From a virus, in the IMG/VR virus record IMGVR_UViG_3300009788_000098, positions 21,244-85,243 of that record: 64,000 nt of DNA. One strand, given 5' to 3'. Below the pieces are notes generated by a model that worked only from the letters and a program-made list of their open reading frames with translations, made no database searches and had not been told where the DNA came from. Shown one piece after another: positions 29,347-39,830 of this stretch; position 1 is the stretch's first letter, and each line of letters starts with the position of its first letter. A program made the translations under genes and the position numbers.

Positions 29347-29592
29347 TTATGTACCCTTTAAAATTGCCACATCTACTTCTAGCACAGTAACGCGTTCTGA
29401 CAAAGTTGGAACATATGGCAATGGCTCTGGCGGGAAATCAGTTAATTTTCCATCAACAATAGTGTGTGTTTTAAAGTCTGGGATATATTCTAGTTGAATA
29501 ATTGCTTCATTTTCTCCGCATTCTCCGACTTCTCCAAAATTGCCTTCTAAAAGTTTGCCTGAAACTGTGTTGTATCTAATATTAGCTTTCAT
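29347..29592 (-). CDS. small protein after tail fibre (possible fibre chaperone)
   Basis: position; PTLSERVTVLE C-terminus typical of this slot. Confidence 0.5.
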   Translation of the reverse strand: MKANIRYNTVSGKLLEGNFGEVGECGENEAIIQLEYIPDFKTHTIVDGKLTDFPPEPLPYVPTLSERVTVLEVDVAILKGT

Positions 29593-29594
29593 AA

Positions 29595-30596
29595 CTATAA
29601 TTCCTCTATATAGCCAATTGCATAAAGATAAGCATCACAAGAAGCATTTAATACTTTATACATTAGTGCTTGGTTTGGGCTAAGAGGCAAAAAACCACTT
29701 GAAGTAGTTTGGAAACCTCCTACAGCAAATAGCAATCCTGTGAGATCAGGTGATTCGATGGGTTTTACATAAACTAAAGCTTGGTTAACTGCTGCGGCAG
29801 GAGGAAAATCAGCAAATAGCAACAAAAACGAGCGCAAACTATATGGAGGAATATAGTTAGAAGCAGCTACTCTTGTCCAAGCAACAGAACTTCCTGCTGC
29901 AAGTATTATAACGGGGTCTCTGGCATCGTGAGAGACGAATCCACACATATTTCTTTGAAATTTCATTATCTGCGTACTTGCATTTAATCTAATTGCACCT
30001 ACGCATCTATACCATGTGCCGTTTACTTTTCTATATCTTGGCACTCCGTGAACAATTGTAAGATAATCATTGTCCGCTGCATCTACATCGTTGACCTCAA
30101 CTGTAATATTGTTTCCCACGGTATCTATGGAAATGACTGTCCACCCCCCTCTAACAGTAGAGAATGTGATATCTGTCCATCCTCGGAGTATGTCGCCCGG
30201 CTCAACATCGTTTTCGCCTGTATCATTATCATAGCTTAATATCACGGCATTAGCAGCAGGGTTTGCATCTAGTTGAGCATCAAATACAGTTGTCTCAATA
30301 GTCGTGGGATACAGAGGTGGTTCATCGTACAGCAATGCTGCCCATCTGTTATCGCTATCATTGTATACATATACATACAGCCATGTATCAGCAGCACTTA
30401 AATCAGCCCCGCCAATATAACTCGCTCCTACGCCAATATCTAATTCATCTGTATCATTAGCTTCTGTTAGCGGAAAGCCCGACATGCTTATTTCCCCTTT
30501 CATCACACGAATTTTATCTGTGTCCGTATAGTAAGGTAACACCCCATCTCGGTAGTGCAAGTTGATATTATTTACTGCATTTTGGTACACTGTCAT
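29595..30596 (-). CDS. tail fibre / receptor-binding protein
   Basis: TWLYVYVY..., YRCVGAIR and GYIEEL C-terminus typical of phage tail proteins; position. Confidence 0.55.
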   Translation of the reverse strand: MTVYQNAVNNINLHYRDGVLPYYTDTDKIRVMKGEISMSGFPLTEANDTDELDIGVGASYIGGADLSAADTWLYVYVYNDSDNRWAALLYDEPPLYPTTIETTVFDAQLDANPAANAVILSYDNDTGENDVEPGDILRGWTDITFSTVRGGWTVISIDTVGNNITVEVNDVDAADNDYLTIVHGVPRYRKVNGTWYRCVGAIRLNASTQIMKFQRNMCGFVSHDARDPVIILAAGSSVAWTRVAASNYIPPYSLRSFLLLFADFPPAAAVNQALVYVKPIESPDLTGLLFAVGGFQTTSSGFLPLSPNQALMYKVLNASCDAYLYAIGYIEEL

Positions 30597-31675
30597 TATA
30601 TTACCTGTAGATTTCCAATCGAACTAAGAACGACCCAAGTTGTGTCCGCGGTAATACATAGAAGTTCTACTGCATCATATTGTAGAGAAGAGTCCAGACT
30701 TCCTCCCGCGCCCGCAGTTGTACTCAAACTTCCATAATGTATTGTTTCACCTGCGTTCTGAGCAACTCGCCATCCGCCAGCACCTTTGCCTGCAATTCTT
30801 ACTATTGATCCTAGAGCGGCGACATTGGGCAATGTTACAGTTACCAACGCGGCGTTGTTGCAAATATAACCATTGTCAACGGCAGCGGCTTGTGCTACGC
30901 CCACAACTTCGTTCCAGGTTATGCCACCACCAGTACCCAAGTTTTGACTCATTGCACGCCATCTGCTTGACGTAGTATCGTACTGCAATATGGTCATGCC
31001 GTCATCTTCTAGCGTTATATCGTCAGTAAGTGCAAATCTGTTAGCCGCCGCTGATGCTACATCCTCGTCTGTCAGTGTAAGGTCATTTGCACCGATATTG
31101 TGGATAATCAGTATCCTGCCATCAGAGCCACCTTGCAAACCAGTAATACTCCATGCGGCGTTAGTTGACAACCTTAGCGTAGATGCACTTGCTAAGTTAG
31201 CAGGGTTGTAGTCATCTTCATCAGCAACTATCTGCGCAGGTGTAATGTCCCCACTGAACTGCCATCCATCAGTAGCGTCTACTGTCGTATTCGTGTCGCT
31301 TGAGAGCGAGTCTAGGCTAATATCGCCCACATTTGTAATGTCGAAGTCTCCGTGTGACTGGTTAGCAACCCATGTTACAGTTCCATCATCTAGTATTGCA
31401 TTGGCAGGCCCAACTGAAAGACTGTGCCATGCTCCGTTATAGAATATCTTATACGTGAAGTCGTTGCTATTGTATACCCTGCGCCCATCCCAACTATTGC
31501 CAGCCCCATAGTCGCCAGCAGTAGTCTTAATTTCTATGTCATCACGAGCGATCATGCCTTCAACCAGTACAAGGCGCTTCTTCAAATCGACCACCTGTTG
31601 AACAAGTGACTTCGCGACGTTAGTTTGATCCTCACGTCGCCTTTCAGTTGCAAAATCTGAGAACTGGTCTGTCAT
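30596..31675 (-). CDS. tail fibre protein
   Basis: mosaic beta-rich domains (ITGLQGGSDGRILIIHN; VTVTLP...GSIVRI). Confidence 0.6.
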   Translation of the reverse strand: MTDQFSDFATERRREDQTNVAKSLVQQVVDLKKRLVLVEGMIARDDIEIKTTAGDYGAGNSWDGRRVYNSNDFTYKIFYNGAWHSLSVGPANAILDDGTVTWVANQSHGDFDITNVGDISLDSLSSDTNTTVDATDGWQFSGDITPAQIVADEDDYNPANLASASTLRLSTNAAWSITGLQGGSDGRILIIHNIGANDLTLTDEDVASAAANRFALTDDITLEDDGMTILQYDTTSSRWRAMSQNLGTGGGITWNEVVGVAQAAAVDNGYICNNAALVTVTLPNVAALGSIVRIAGKGAGGWRVAQNAGETIHYGSLSTTAGAGGSLDSSLQYDAVELLCITADTTWVVLSSIGNLQVI

Positions 31676-31676
31676 A

Positions 31677-32828
31677 TTATTTGTCCATGAACTCTGTGCG
31701 AATAATCTCGCCTTCGGCATTTTGCGAGACTGTGGCTTGCAAACTTACCAACTTCTTTGAAGCTGAGTAATCCTTGTAGCGAACTGTTACCAAATCTCCC
31801 CAAGTGTAGTGTTTGCCATAGTAAGTAGCTTCCGTTTGCAATACATCAAAAGTCAGCATCTCGTCAAACTTGCCTTCTTCTAATCTAGCTTCTGCTGCCG
31901 AGGTTAGTTGTCCTGACTGATCGTCACCCGAAGTTGCCGTGTTGACAATCATCTCAATTCTGTTCCAAGGCGAATCGTTTATATCAACACTTGTTGCAAG
32001 TTCAATTTGCTGTGCCGCGTCTGTTCCCCTTCCTAGTGCGTAAACAGCAGTTATCTCGTTTGTTCTGTCCTGTTTCAACATAGGAGTGTCCATGTTGGCA
32101 AAATCAGTAGAGAATATTACAGGGTCATTGCTGTCAGGGTTTCCCTGTGTGCGATCTGTTCCTCTCTGTCCCGCGTAGGTGCGAAACTCAAACACTGCAT
32201 TTCCAGCACTTACGATATCAAAATCAATCACATTGCTGTTCTCAACAGTAAACAGACCAATACGTTGCAACGTCGCAAGAAGATTATCGTTCTCCATGCT
32301 ATCTTCCCACGTTGGGCCGCCAGCACCATCTGCTTGGACTATCAGCCCTGGGTATACATTGCTTGCTATCCTGCCAGCTCCCACCAAGGCATCAGCCCCG
32401 ATGTTCTCAATAACTAACTCTTTCATCACAGTTTCGGCAACAGCGTTCTTGGTCGCCTCTGCTGTGCCTGCGCGCCACATGATATATGCCCGTCTAGCAA
32501 GGTCGAGATAGCTAAATCCATATGCAACAAACGAGTCCTTATCGTTTACAGGTTGCAAGAGATCATTGGTTGACCGATGGAGACCTTCCCATTCTTTATA
32601 CCACGGGAGGTCAACTTTTAGATTTTGTCTCCATATCTCAATTTGCCCGTCCAGCTCAAACAAATCAACACGGCTATCGTTGCCGTCAATCTCAAGGCGC
32701 ATGTTCCCCCTGTTATTTACTTTGTGCGCAAATGCTAACGAGCGCCAAGCATCAAACTCTGCAACCAGAAGCCCCCCTTGGTCTTTGAGGCGCACCTTAT
32801 ACTCAGCTTGACCGGGCGAACTTGGCAT
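31677..32828 (-). CDS. siphovirus ReqiPepy6 Gp37-like tail protein (Tal/hub)
   Basis: GTDRT...VIFS.DFANM, VYALGRG, RIE, YGKHYTWGDLVTV. Confidence 0.8.
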   Translation of the reverse strand: MPSSPGQAEYKVRLKDQGGLLVAEFDAWRSLAFAHKVNNRGNMRLEIDGNDSRVDLFELDGQIEIWRQNLKVDLPWYKEWEGLHRSTNDLLQPVNDKDSFVAYGFSYLDLARRAYIMWRAGTAEATKNAVAETVMKELVIENIGADALVGAGRIASNVYPGLIVQADGAGGPTWEDSMENDNLLATLQRIGLFTVENSNVIDFDIVSAGNAVFEFRTYAGQRGTDRTQGNPDSNDPVIFSTDFANMDTPMLKQDRTNEITAVYALGRGTDAAQQIELATSVDINDSPWNRIEMIVNTATSGDDQSGQLTSAAEARLEEGKFDEMLTFDVLQTEATYYGKHYTWGDLVTVRYKDYSASKKLVSLQATVSQNAEGEIIRTEFMDK

Positions 32829-32831
32829 GTT

Positions 32832-34121
32832 TTAGTGTTCGCCTGTTAGTGTCCATCCTGCCTGTTCGGAAGTTCCACCGTTATCACCATAGAATGTTGA
32901 GTTACCTGCACCACTGTTCTGTGTGATAACTTGTGCATAGTGATATCCAATTCCAGTAAATTGAACCCAACTTGCACTCATATGTTCCATTGAACCAGCA
33001 ACATTGATAACACCTGTGCTAGATTCGGTTGGCACAAAAGCTACTCCATCTGATGTAACAGAACATTTTGGATTTTCGTCTTCAGCAAGCATATGAACAA
33101 CCGCATTTTTAGAAACTGCACCAACTATTCCACCTATCAAGAAATGGAACTGCCATGCAGTCGCACCACCATTAGCAGCAACCCACGCAGCATTGTTGAG
33201 TAACCAATTATCAGTTGCGTCACGCCTGTAGTCGGTGTACCCAATGCGATTGTACATATTCCACAAGAATCTTCCTTGTACAGTTGGATGGTCATTGAAT
33301 TCTACAGAAGCATCCGTTCTAACAGTTCCAAGATATAATCGTGTAATGTCAGCAGTTTCGACAAGTGCACCATCGCTCCACGAGATTGCATCAGCACGCG
33401 CTACATCACTTGCCCAAGCAGCACTAAATTCTAATGCTAAATTCTCGTTAGCATCTAAATATCCAAACACATCATAGTTTGTATTAATTGCCAATGCGCC
33501 ATTTCCAATGCTCGGTTCAGTGAAATTGATTGTTCTCCATCCGCCACGCGCATCAGGAAGCGTAATCAGATTCCCTGAATAGGGTGTGAAGTATAAAGTT
33601 GTTTGCGCCGTTCTGGTCGGCTGATTAGGAACACCTGTTAGAAGTGACAATCTTCCTTGTACATGTCGCGGGAAAGGAGCAAATTTACGCGTATCAACTA
33701 GATTAGTAACATTTCCAGCAGCGTCCAAGTCAAATTGTGCTAGTGGTATCTCCCACAACACTCCATCATCGTGTGTCAATGCACCTATGCGCGTATCTAC
33801 TCTTACAGTCTGAGTAGCCCAGTCTTTTGCCAGCACAGTGAGATATGCTCCCGCCGCGGCAGCAGGCATCACTTCATCTACACTGGCAGTGTTGATATAA
33901 TATGTCCCATCTACCCATGCGGCACCAGAATTTACATGAATGCTATCAGGCGGCACAGCAGTAGTGGTAACTTCTAAACTGTTCAATACGCCACTCAGCA
34001 CGCCAGTATTGCTCAAGTTTTGTGCCTGTGAATGGCTATATAATGTGCCCCATTCTTGGAACGTGTAAGGGCCAGCGTCGCCTAGTGCGTCGTCAAACCA
34101 AGGGTATGAATTCTCTGCCAT
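32832..34121 (-). CDS. minor tail / baseplate protein
   Basis: MAENSYPW, LEV...VNSGAAWVDG.YY.N, WEIPLAQ...DTR. Confidence 0.7.
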   Translation of the reverse strand: MAENSYPWFDDALGDAGPYTFQEWGTLYSHSQAQNLSNTGVLSGVLNSLEVTTTAVPPDSIHVNSGAAWVDGTYYINTASVDEVMPAAAAGAYLTVLAKDWATQTVRVDTRIGALTHDDGVLWEIPLAQFDLDAAGNVTNLVDTRKFAPFPRHVQGRLSLLTGVPNQPTRTAQTTLYFTPYSGNLITLPDARGGWRTINFTEPSIGNGALAINTNYDVFGYLDANENLALEFSAAWASDVARADAISWSDGALVETADITRLYLGTVRTDASVEFNDHPTVQGRFLWNMYNRIGYTDYRRDATDNWLLNNAAWVAANGGATAWQFHFLIGGIVGAVSKNAVVHMLAEDENPKCSVTSDGVAFVPTESSTGVINVAGSMEHMSASWVQFTGIGYHYAQVITQNSGAGNSTFYGDNGGTSEQAGWTLTGEH

Positions 34122-34131
34122 AATCTATCTC

Positions 34132-35067
34132 CTAGATACCTATGTATCTGTCAAACCAGCTCATTGTAATTGCAGTATTCTCATTAATATTAGACCCGCT
34201 TACGTTAATTGTATTCAGCCCATCGGTGGCAGTGGGGTCAACCTCCAACCTGAAATTGGCTAAATCGCTATCAGTTGATAGAAAACCTATCAAGTTGTCT
34301 CCATTGTTGTCTACAACGGTTTTGTTTCCGAACTCCAAACTTATTGTTGCTATTACACCGGCATTAATTGTTGTGTTCAATTCTATTTTGGTGTTGATAG
34401 TGGCATTGGTAATAGATGGGTTCGTAATTGGCCCCGTGATGACAATAAGCGGAAATGTTTTGTACGTCCCAACTGTGGTAACACTTGTGCTCAATTGAAT
34501 ATCATCACTGTTAAACACAATTCCATCAGCGTCAAATGTTATCGGAAATACCAATTCGCCAAGTGCGACAAAGTTGACAAAACTTGCCGATTCCTGAATG
34601 GGGTTGAACAATACAGGATCGTGTGCAATAAACTGCACGACTGGCTGAACACTAAATTCATCCCATTTTGCCGGGTTGTCATTGAACTGTAGTCCACTGC
34701 TGATAAGAACATTCAAGTCGCGTTGCGAGTTATCGGGCAATCTTTTCCGCAATATTCCAGTAGCGAATTCTGTAAGTGATTGCCTGTTAGGGCGCGTGAC
34801 ATTCAGTAATTCGGCACGCATGTCCCAATACTCTTGCCGAGAACATCCGTTGTGTCTATGAATAAGCGTCAAAGTGCGTGGCTCAAGTACAAAGCCCAGT
34901 ACAGTTTCGCCATCTTGGAAAGGGCCACGTTGTGTTCTGTAATTGATGCGTGGTAGACCTAGCCCATTCGTTCCTGAGATAACGAATTTCTCCACACCAT
35001 CGCGAAACTTGTACATCTCGCCGTCTGGTGCAATATACTCATCAAATTCTACTAGGGGTTGTCTCAT
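34132..35067 (-). CDS. distal tail protein (Dit)
   Basis: follows tape measure; GPFQDG, PRTLTL, FIAHDP, PLIVITGP..NP. Confidence 0.8.
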   Translation of the reverse strand: MRQPLVEFDEYIAPDGEMYKFRDGVEKFVISGTNGLGLPRINYRTQRGPFQDGETVLGFVLEPRTLTLIHRHNGCSRQEYWDMRAELLNVTRPNRQSLTEFATGILRKRLPDNSQRDLNVLISSGLQFNDNPAKWDEFSVQPVVQFIAHDPVLFNPIQESASFVNFVALGELVFPITFDADGIVFNSDDIQLSTSVTTVGTYKTFPLIVITGPITNPSITNATINTKIELNTTINAGVIATISLEFGNKTVVDNNGDNLIGFLSTDSDLANFRLEVDPTATDGLNTINVSGSNINENTAITMSWFDRYIGI

Positions 35068-37448
35068 AGTGCTGCCACCAATGCCATATCATCTACAATT
35101 TGTTGTGGCGATTGAAGCTTGAAATAGTTAGCGTTGATAGTGAAGGATGAACTTTTATCAACTGCGCCACCTGACGCGCCAGATGCAGGCATTACAGCTC
35201 CAGTTGCTTGTATAGTCTGCCCAGCCATGTTTACAATCGCATCATTAGCCATTGTTGTTGCATCCATTATGCCTTTAGCAAAACCTTTTACTATGTTTTG
35301 CCCGATTTCAGCAAACACTTTGGATGGAGAAGCTATGCCAAGTATATTTTTTATCCATTGTAATGAACCTAAAAACACAGACACAATTGAGTTCCAAAGT
35401 CCATGCAATTTGTCGAGTACTTTTATTTTGATAACATCCCACCAAAAAGCGGCATCATTTCGTATGGACGACCATATGCCGACCAAAAAACTTATTACCC
35501 CTGAGAGTACATTAACAGCATCGTTTCTAGCCTTTGCAGCCCATTGCACAACAGATGCGTGAATGCCTCTCCACCAATTATCTGCTCCTGTAATGACTTT
35601 ACTCCATATTGCAGCAAAAGAAGCGGGAAGAGTACTAAACAATGTTAGTAATTCTCTAATTGCAAATACTGAATTGTTAAATATTCCAATCCAAAACTGC
35701 TTGAATGATTCTTTTATAGCATCTTCTATTGCTTGCAATTGTACAAGAGTATTGAACACTTCTAGTATGACAGTGACGACATCTATTGCTGATGCAATTG
35801 CTCCAGTAATATCAGCGAACAAGTTAAATTCCGGGTTTACTATTCTTAATGTTTCTCCCAAGTTGCTAATTGCAGTAGTTAGACCAAGTAGCGAGGAAGC
35901 CATTGTATCAAATACTTGTGCAACTTCTTCATCACTTAACCCGAACATTTCTCCTATTTCGGCAAAAATGCGCGCAATACCCATTTCAGGGCCGAATTCA
36001 TCAAAAGTTGCTGTTATATTTGAAATAGCGTCTGATATTTCTCCTATTCCAAATGCAATACTAGCCGCAATATTAGCCATGACGAGTTGTATTCTAGCAG
36101 GTGTAAGTTCCCCAAATCCCAGTGCTACTGACACCTCGCTCAGAGCGGGAAGCAAATCGTCTCTGATAGAGTCTTTGATTGTAGTGATAAAGCGCGGAAC
36201 TTCTTGTGTCATTGCATCCAAAAAGCCAAATGAACTCTCAACGTCAATGCCAGACAAGTCCATGAACGCCTCAACCATGTTCAGGCCAACCTCTATTGCG
36301 AGGTCGCGGAACTGATTTTTGACAATCTGAATTTTGGATTGCATTGTATCAAAGCGAATATTAGCCTCACGTGTACGAGCCACATTATCAGCAACCGCTT
36401 GCTCCACGCCGATGAGGGCATCGGTAAGAATATCAGCATTGCCGGCCAATCCCAAGAAAGTTCTCAACTGCCTGATACTTGCTATCTGCAATTCGCCAAG
36501 AGTTATGGCAGCCCTAGAACCTTCTAATGAAACTCCTTGGATAAACTTGTCAAATGCCTGAACCGGGTCTGCTCTCCAGGCTGTAGCGAATTCATTTGCA
36601 CTCATACCTGCAACCTCGGCAAATGCTTGCATCATCTCCCCGCCTTCTGCCACAGCGGTATTTATCTTGATTAATGCTATAGCAATAGCAGAACCACCAG
36701 CTTCAGTTTGAATACCAGCACGCAACATAGCTGCGGAAAGAGCAAGCGCATCGGCTTCAGTTCCACCAACAATCGCCATTGCGCCTGCAATGTTTTTTGA
36801 ACCGAGCAGAATTCTATCTTCGGCTACACCAAAGTTATTGCCCAAGAATATCAACCCAGATGATGTTCTATCTATAGAATCGACTAATTCATCCCCTGTG
36901 GCCCCAAACACAGTAGCCAACTGTGCCAATCCTACAGCGGCTTCCTCTGCAGTCAACTTAGTAGCTACGCCGACTTCAGCGATGATTTTTGTAAATTTGG
37001 GAATGTCTTTGGCAACAACGTTAAACTGCCCACCTATCGCCGCAATATCGGCAAGTTCTTCAACTGTGAGCGGCACTTGCTTAGACAGATCACGAAGTCC
37101 TTGAAACACTTCCTCGCCCAACCCAGTAAGGGCAAATATGCCAGTACCCAAATCTTGTGTTGTTTTCAGAACACCAGCAAACGCACTCTCAACACTAATG
37201 GCAGATGCAACTGACAACTTTCCAAGGTTGAGAATTGCTTTGCCCATAAGTTCAACTGCGTCTGTAACTACTTGCGCTGCAAACTCAATAGGTGCAAGAG
37301 CAAGATCAAACGCTTTGAAAGCGACAGCAGCAGTAAGACCGGCAATACCACCGCTGGCAAGTGCTCTGTTCATACTGCCCATGCCAGAAATGAACTTGCC
37401 AAGTCCTCTTATCTCTGCTATTGCGCCTACTGGGGTGAAGTTTGCCAT
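35064..37448 (-). CDS. tail tape measure protein (TP901 family)
   Basis: ESAFAGVLKT, LGNNF...E, EAGGSA, LGIASPSKVF. Confidence 0.92.
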   Translation of the reverse strand: MANFTPVGAIAEIRGLGKFISGMGSMNRALASGGIAGLTAAVAFKAFDLALAPIEFAAQVVTDAVELMGKAILNLGKLSVASAISVESAFAGVLKTTQDLGTGIFALTGLGEEVFQGLRDLSKQVPLTVEELADIAAIGGQFNVVAKDIPKFTKIIAEVGVATKLTAEEAAVGLAQLATVFGATGDELVDSIDRTSSGLIFLGNNFGVAEDRILLGSKNIAGAMAIVGGTEADALALSAAMLRAGIQTEAGGSAIAIALIKINTAVAEGGEMMQAFAEVAGMSANEFATAWRADPVQAFDKFIQGVSLEGSRAAITLGELQIASIRQLRTFLGLAGNADILTDALIGVEQAVADNVARTREANIRFDTMQSKIQIVKNQFRDLAIEVGLNMVEAFMDLSGIDVESSFGFLDAMTQEVPRFITTIKDSIRDDLLPALSEVSVALGFGELTPARIQLVMANIAASIAFGIGEISDAISNITATFDEFGPEMGIARIFAEIGEMFGLSDEEVAQVFDTMASSLLGLTTAISNLGETLRIVNPEFNLFADITGAIASAIDVVTVILEVFNTLVQLQAIEDAIKESFKQFWIGIFNNSVFAIRELLTLFSTLPASFAAIWSKVITGADNWWRGIHASVVQWAAKARNDAVNVLSGVISFLVGIWSSIRNDAAFWWDVIKIKVLDKLHGLWNSIVSVFLGSLQWIKNILGIASPSKVFAEIGQNIVKGFAKGIMDATTMANDAIVNMAGQTIQATGAVMPASGASGGAVDKSSSFTINANYFKLQSPQQIVDDMALVAAL

Positions 37449-37449
37449 A

Positions 37450-37719
37450 CTATCTCTTCTTGCGCTTGCTGTCTGCTTTCATCTTTTTATTTTGTGCGTC
37501 TTGAGCATGGTTTTCAATTAGCCCATGCAAGCGATATCGTGCTATTACATTCGCTTTGAGCCATATCGGATAATCGCCCGCTTCCCATCTCTCTATGTCT
37601 AGTCTAGCACTGATGCAGGCTTCGTATTCCTCAAAGTACATTGAATAAGTAATACCTGTATTGACTCTGCCGAGAATATGAGCATCTTCAATCGGGTCGC
37701 CATGTCTACGAACGTTGAA
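37450..37719 (-). CDS. C-terminal (T) part of frameshifted tail assembly chaperone
   Basis: +1 frame open from TCC TTT C at 37723-37717 to stop just before tape measure; no RBS. Confidence 0.65.
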   Translation of the reverse strand, partial: FNVRRHGDPIEDAHILGRVNTGITYSMYFEEYEACISARLDIERWEAGDYPIWLKANVIARYRLHGLIENHAQDAQNKKMKADSKRKKR

Positions 37720-38245
37720 AGGATTCTATTGCGTTATCTACATCCTCCTGTTTCAGTGCGGCCATTGCGCTGAGGCGGAGAATAATATCGGCATTGGCTA
37801 TTACGTACTTCTTATACCAGAACTCTCGTTCGTACTCATCCTCTGGATCGCGGTCAACCAACTTTATAAGTTTCAGATTGTGCAACCATCCATCATCTTC
37901 TGAAATGTCAGATAGCAACTCAATCCCGAACAGTACTACCGCGTCCAAGCCAACTTGCTCCAGTTTTACCTCATAGTCTTTCATTGCTTGTGCGTAGTCG
38001 GGACACATTGGGTTTTCCATGTACTTTGTTGGATCATCGGGCGCGTCTGGGTGTGGAACGAGAGGTATTTGCGGTTCTGGTATTCGCAACTGTGCCTCTC
38101 GCACTACGTAAGAAGCAACAGGATGCAACTTCACCTGTACCCCGCTGGAAAGCGTGATAATAGCATCCTGTGCTTGGTCATGTTCTTTCTTGACTGCTAC
38201 AACCGGATTGGTTGTTGGTTTATTATTCAATTGTTTGTCGTTCAT
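37706..38245 (-). CDS. tail assembly chaperone
   Basis: between major tail and tape measure, GAGGAG RBS. Confidence 0.7.
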   Translation of the reverse strand: MNDKQLNNKPTTNPVVAVKKEHDQAQDAIITLSSGVQVKLHPVASYVVREAQLRIPEPQIPLVPHPDAPDDPTKYMENPMCPDYAQAMKDYEVKLEQVGLDAVVLFGIELLSDISEDDGWLHNLKLIKLVDRDPEDEYEREFWYKKYVIANADIILRLSAMAALKQEDVDNAIESFQRS

Positions 38246-38313
38246 TTGTTATACTCCTCTCGGTGTGAGATTAGCCCCTTGCTAGGGGATTATTGTTGTT
38301 TGGTCAGTAATGG

Positions 38314-39822
38314 TTAGTCGCCACCAATTACGATGAACCCATCCGTTGCATCAAATCCCAGACCGAAGCCTGCGACGAAATCAACATCAAACGGGCACAC
38401 AACCAGGGCGTTAATCCTGTCGTTATTGGGCATAGCATTGGCTGCTCCACGAGGGGTCAGCGTCCAGCTGTTTCCGCCATCAATACTAACGTAGATTTCA
38501 CCTTTGGTATCAACTGTTGCAGCGACCCACATAACGCTATCAGATGACATAGCAATGTCAGTGATTGCAGTCGGGGCTACGCCAGGCAACGTGATTGCTA
38601 CCCAAGGTGATATGCCTGCGTCCAGTGTGTAAGCAAACGTGCCATCATCTGCACCTGCAAACCACTCGACTTCAGACTTGACTAAGATAGCAAGTAGGTC
38701 AGTACCCCAACCAACAGGTGATTGCAATACTTGGCCGACTATATCATTGTCAATGGTTACAATCGTGCCATCTTCACCAACAGCGACTGCGAACTCGTCA
38801 GAGAGCAGGTCAACGTCTAGTAACCTGCCAGTTGTCGCTATGCCAGCATCAACAACTACTACACCGGCTGGGGGATTGGTGATTTTGTACACATAACCAC
38901 TGTTACCAACAATGTAGCCAACATTGCCCACGCTGTCAATAGCCTCAGGTGCTCCACCGACTACGTAGCCAGCAGTTGATTGCACCCAATCAGGGTCTTG
39001 GATACCGTCTAACTCATCGGCATCCACAATGTGCATCTCGTCAGCGGCAATAGCTACTATCACTACTGCATATCCGGCAACGCACGCTATACCTACAGGG
39101 CTGTTTGCGACCTCAACGGTATCTATGTCTTCCATATACCATGTCGATCCACCATCAAGAGTGTAGATAATCTGAGATGGTGTTCCGGCAGAGCCGCCTT
39201 CTGTCAACGTAATACCCATGAACTTCTGGCAACCGTCTGATAGTTCTGCACACTCGCCGCAAGACGGATTGTCACACCGCGCAGCATCTACTACCTCATT
39301 GATTATGCCACCGGGGGTGCGGTCTGCATACTTGACTGGAACGTACTCATACGCTCTAATTCCTGAGATATCAATGGTTTCGTCAACTTTGGAATTCTCA
39401 CCTGGTTCAAGTGTACCCAATGGGTCTGTAGAATAAGACTCAAAGGTTACTGCTTCCCAAATCAGGGCCTTCTCAAAATCATTGAAGACGCCAGGAGCAG
39501 CACAATTGCCAAGGTGTAGCTGAACGTCGTGAGCACATTTGCGCATAGCAAGCGTCAATACTCTGCTCTTGACATCACGGGGGTAGCGACCCATCAAACT
39601 GGTTGACGGACGCTCTTCCTCATCACGAACTGAGCCTGTTTCAATGAAGTCTCCATAGCGGTCTTTGCTCGGTTCATAAATCGGGGTTGTGCCACCAAAG
39701 TTCTTTTCCATCCCTTCCATTTTCAGGTAGTACAGGAATTCAGGTTCACGATCTGCGCGCGCACGACCTTCTATGATCCAAACTCTAGTGAATGCACTTG
39801 CGAGGGGGTTTCTTTTACCCAT
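38314..39822 (-). CDS. major tail protein with C-terminal beta-propeller/BNR repeats
   Basis: position; YTLDGGSTW, YTLDAG..W, SIDGGNSW Asp-boxes. Confidence 0.65.
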   Translation of the reverse strand: MGKRNPLASAFTRVWIIEGRARADREPEFLYYLKMEGMEKNFGGTTPIYEPSKDRYGDFIETGSVRDEEERPSTSLMGRYPRDVKSRVLTLAMRKCAHDVQLHLGNCAAPGVFNDFEKALIWEAVTFESYSTDPLGTLEPGENSKVDETIDISGIRAYEYVPVKYADRTPGGIINEVVDAARCDNPSCGECAELSDGCQKFMGITLTEGGSAGTPSQIIYTLDGGSTWYMEDIDTVEVANSPVGIACVAGYAVVIVAIAADEMHIVDADELDGIQDPDWVQSTAGYVVGGAPEAIDSVGNVGYIVGNSGYVYKITNPPAGVVVVDAGIATTGRLLDVDLLSDEFAVAVGEDGTIVTIDNDIVGQVLQSPVGWGTDLLAILVKSEVEWFAGADDGTFAYTLDAGISPWVAITLPGVAPTAITDIAMSSDSVMWVAATVDTKGEIYVSIDGGNSWTLTPRGAANAMPNNDRINALVVCPFDVDFVAGFGLGFDATDGFIVIGGD

Positions 39823-39830
39823 TAGTCCTC

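Noticed and set aside
29595-31675. Diversity-generating retroelement targeting tail fibres
   Set aside because: No reverse transcriptase and no template/variable repeat pair noticed
35134-37521. Long + strand ORFs opposite the tape measure gene (similar ones at 53130 and 49876)
   Set aside because: Antisense shadows of Ala/Ile-rich genes, no RBS or motifs
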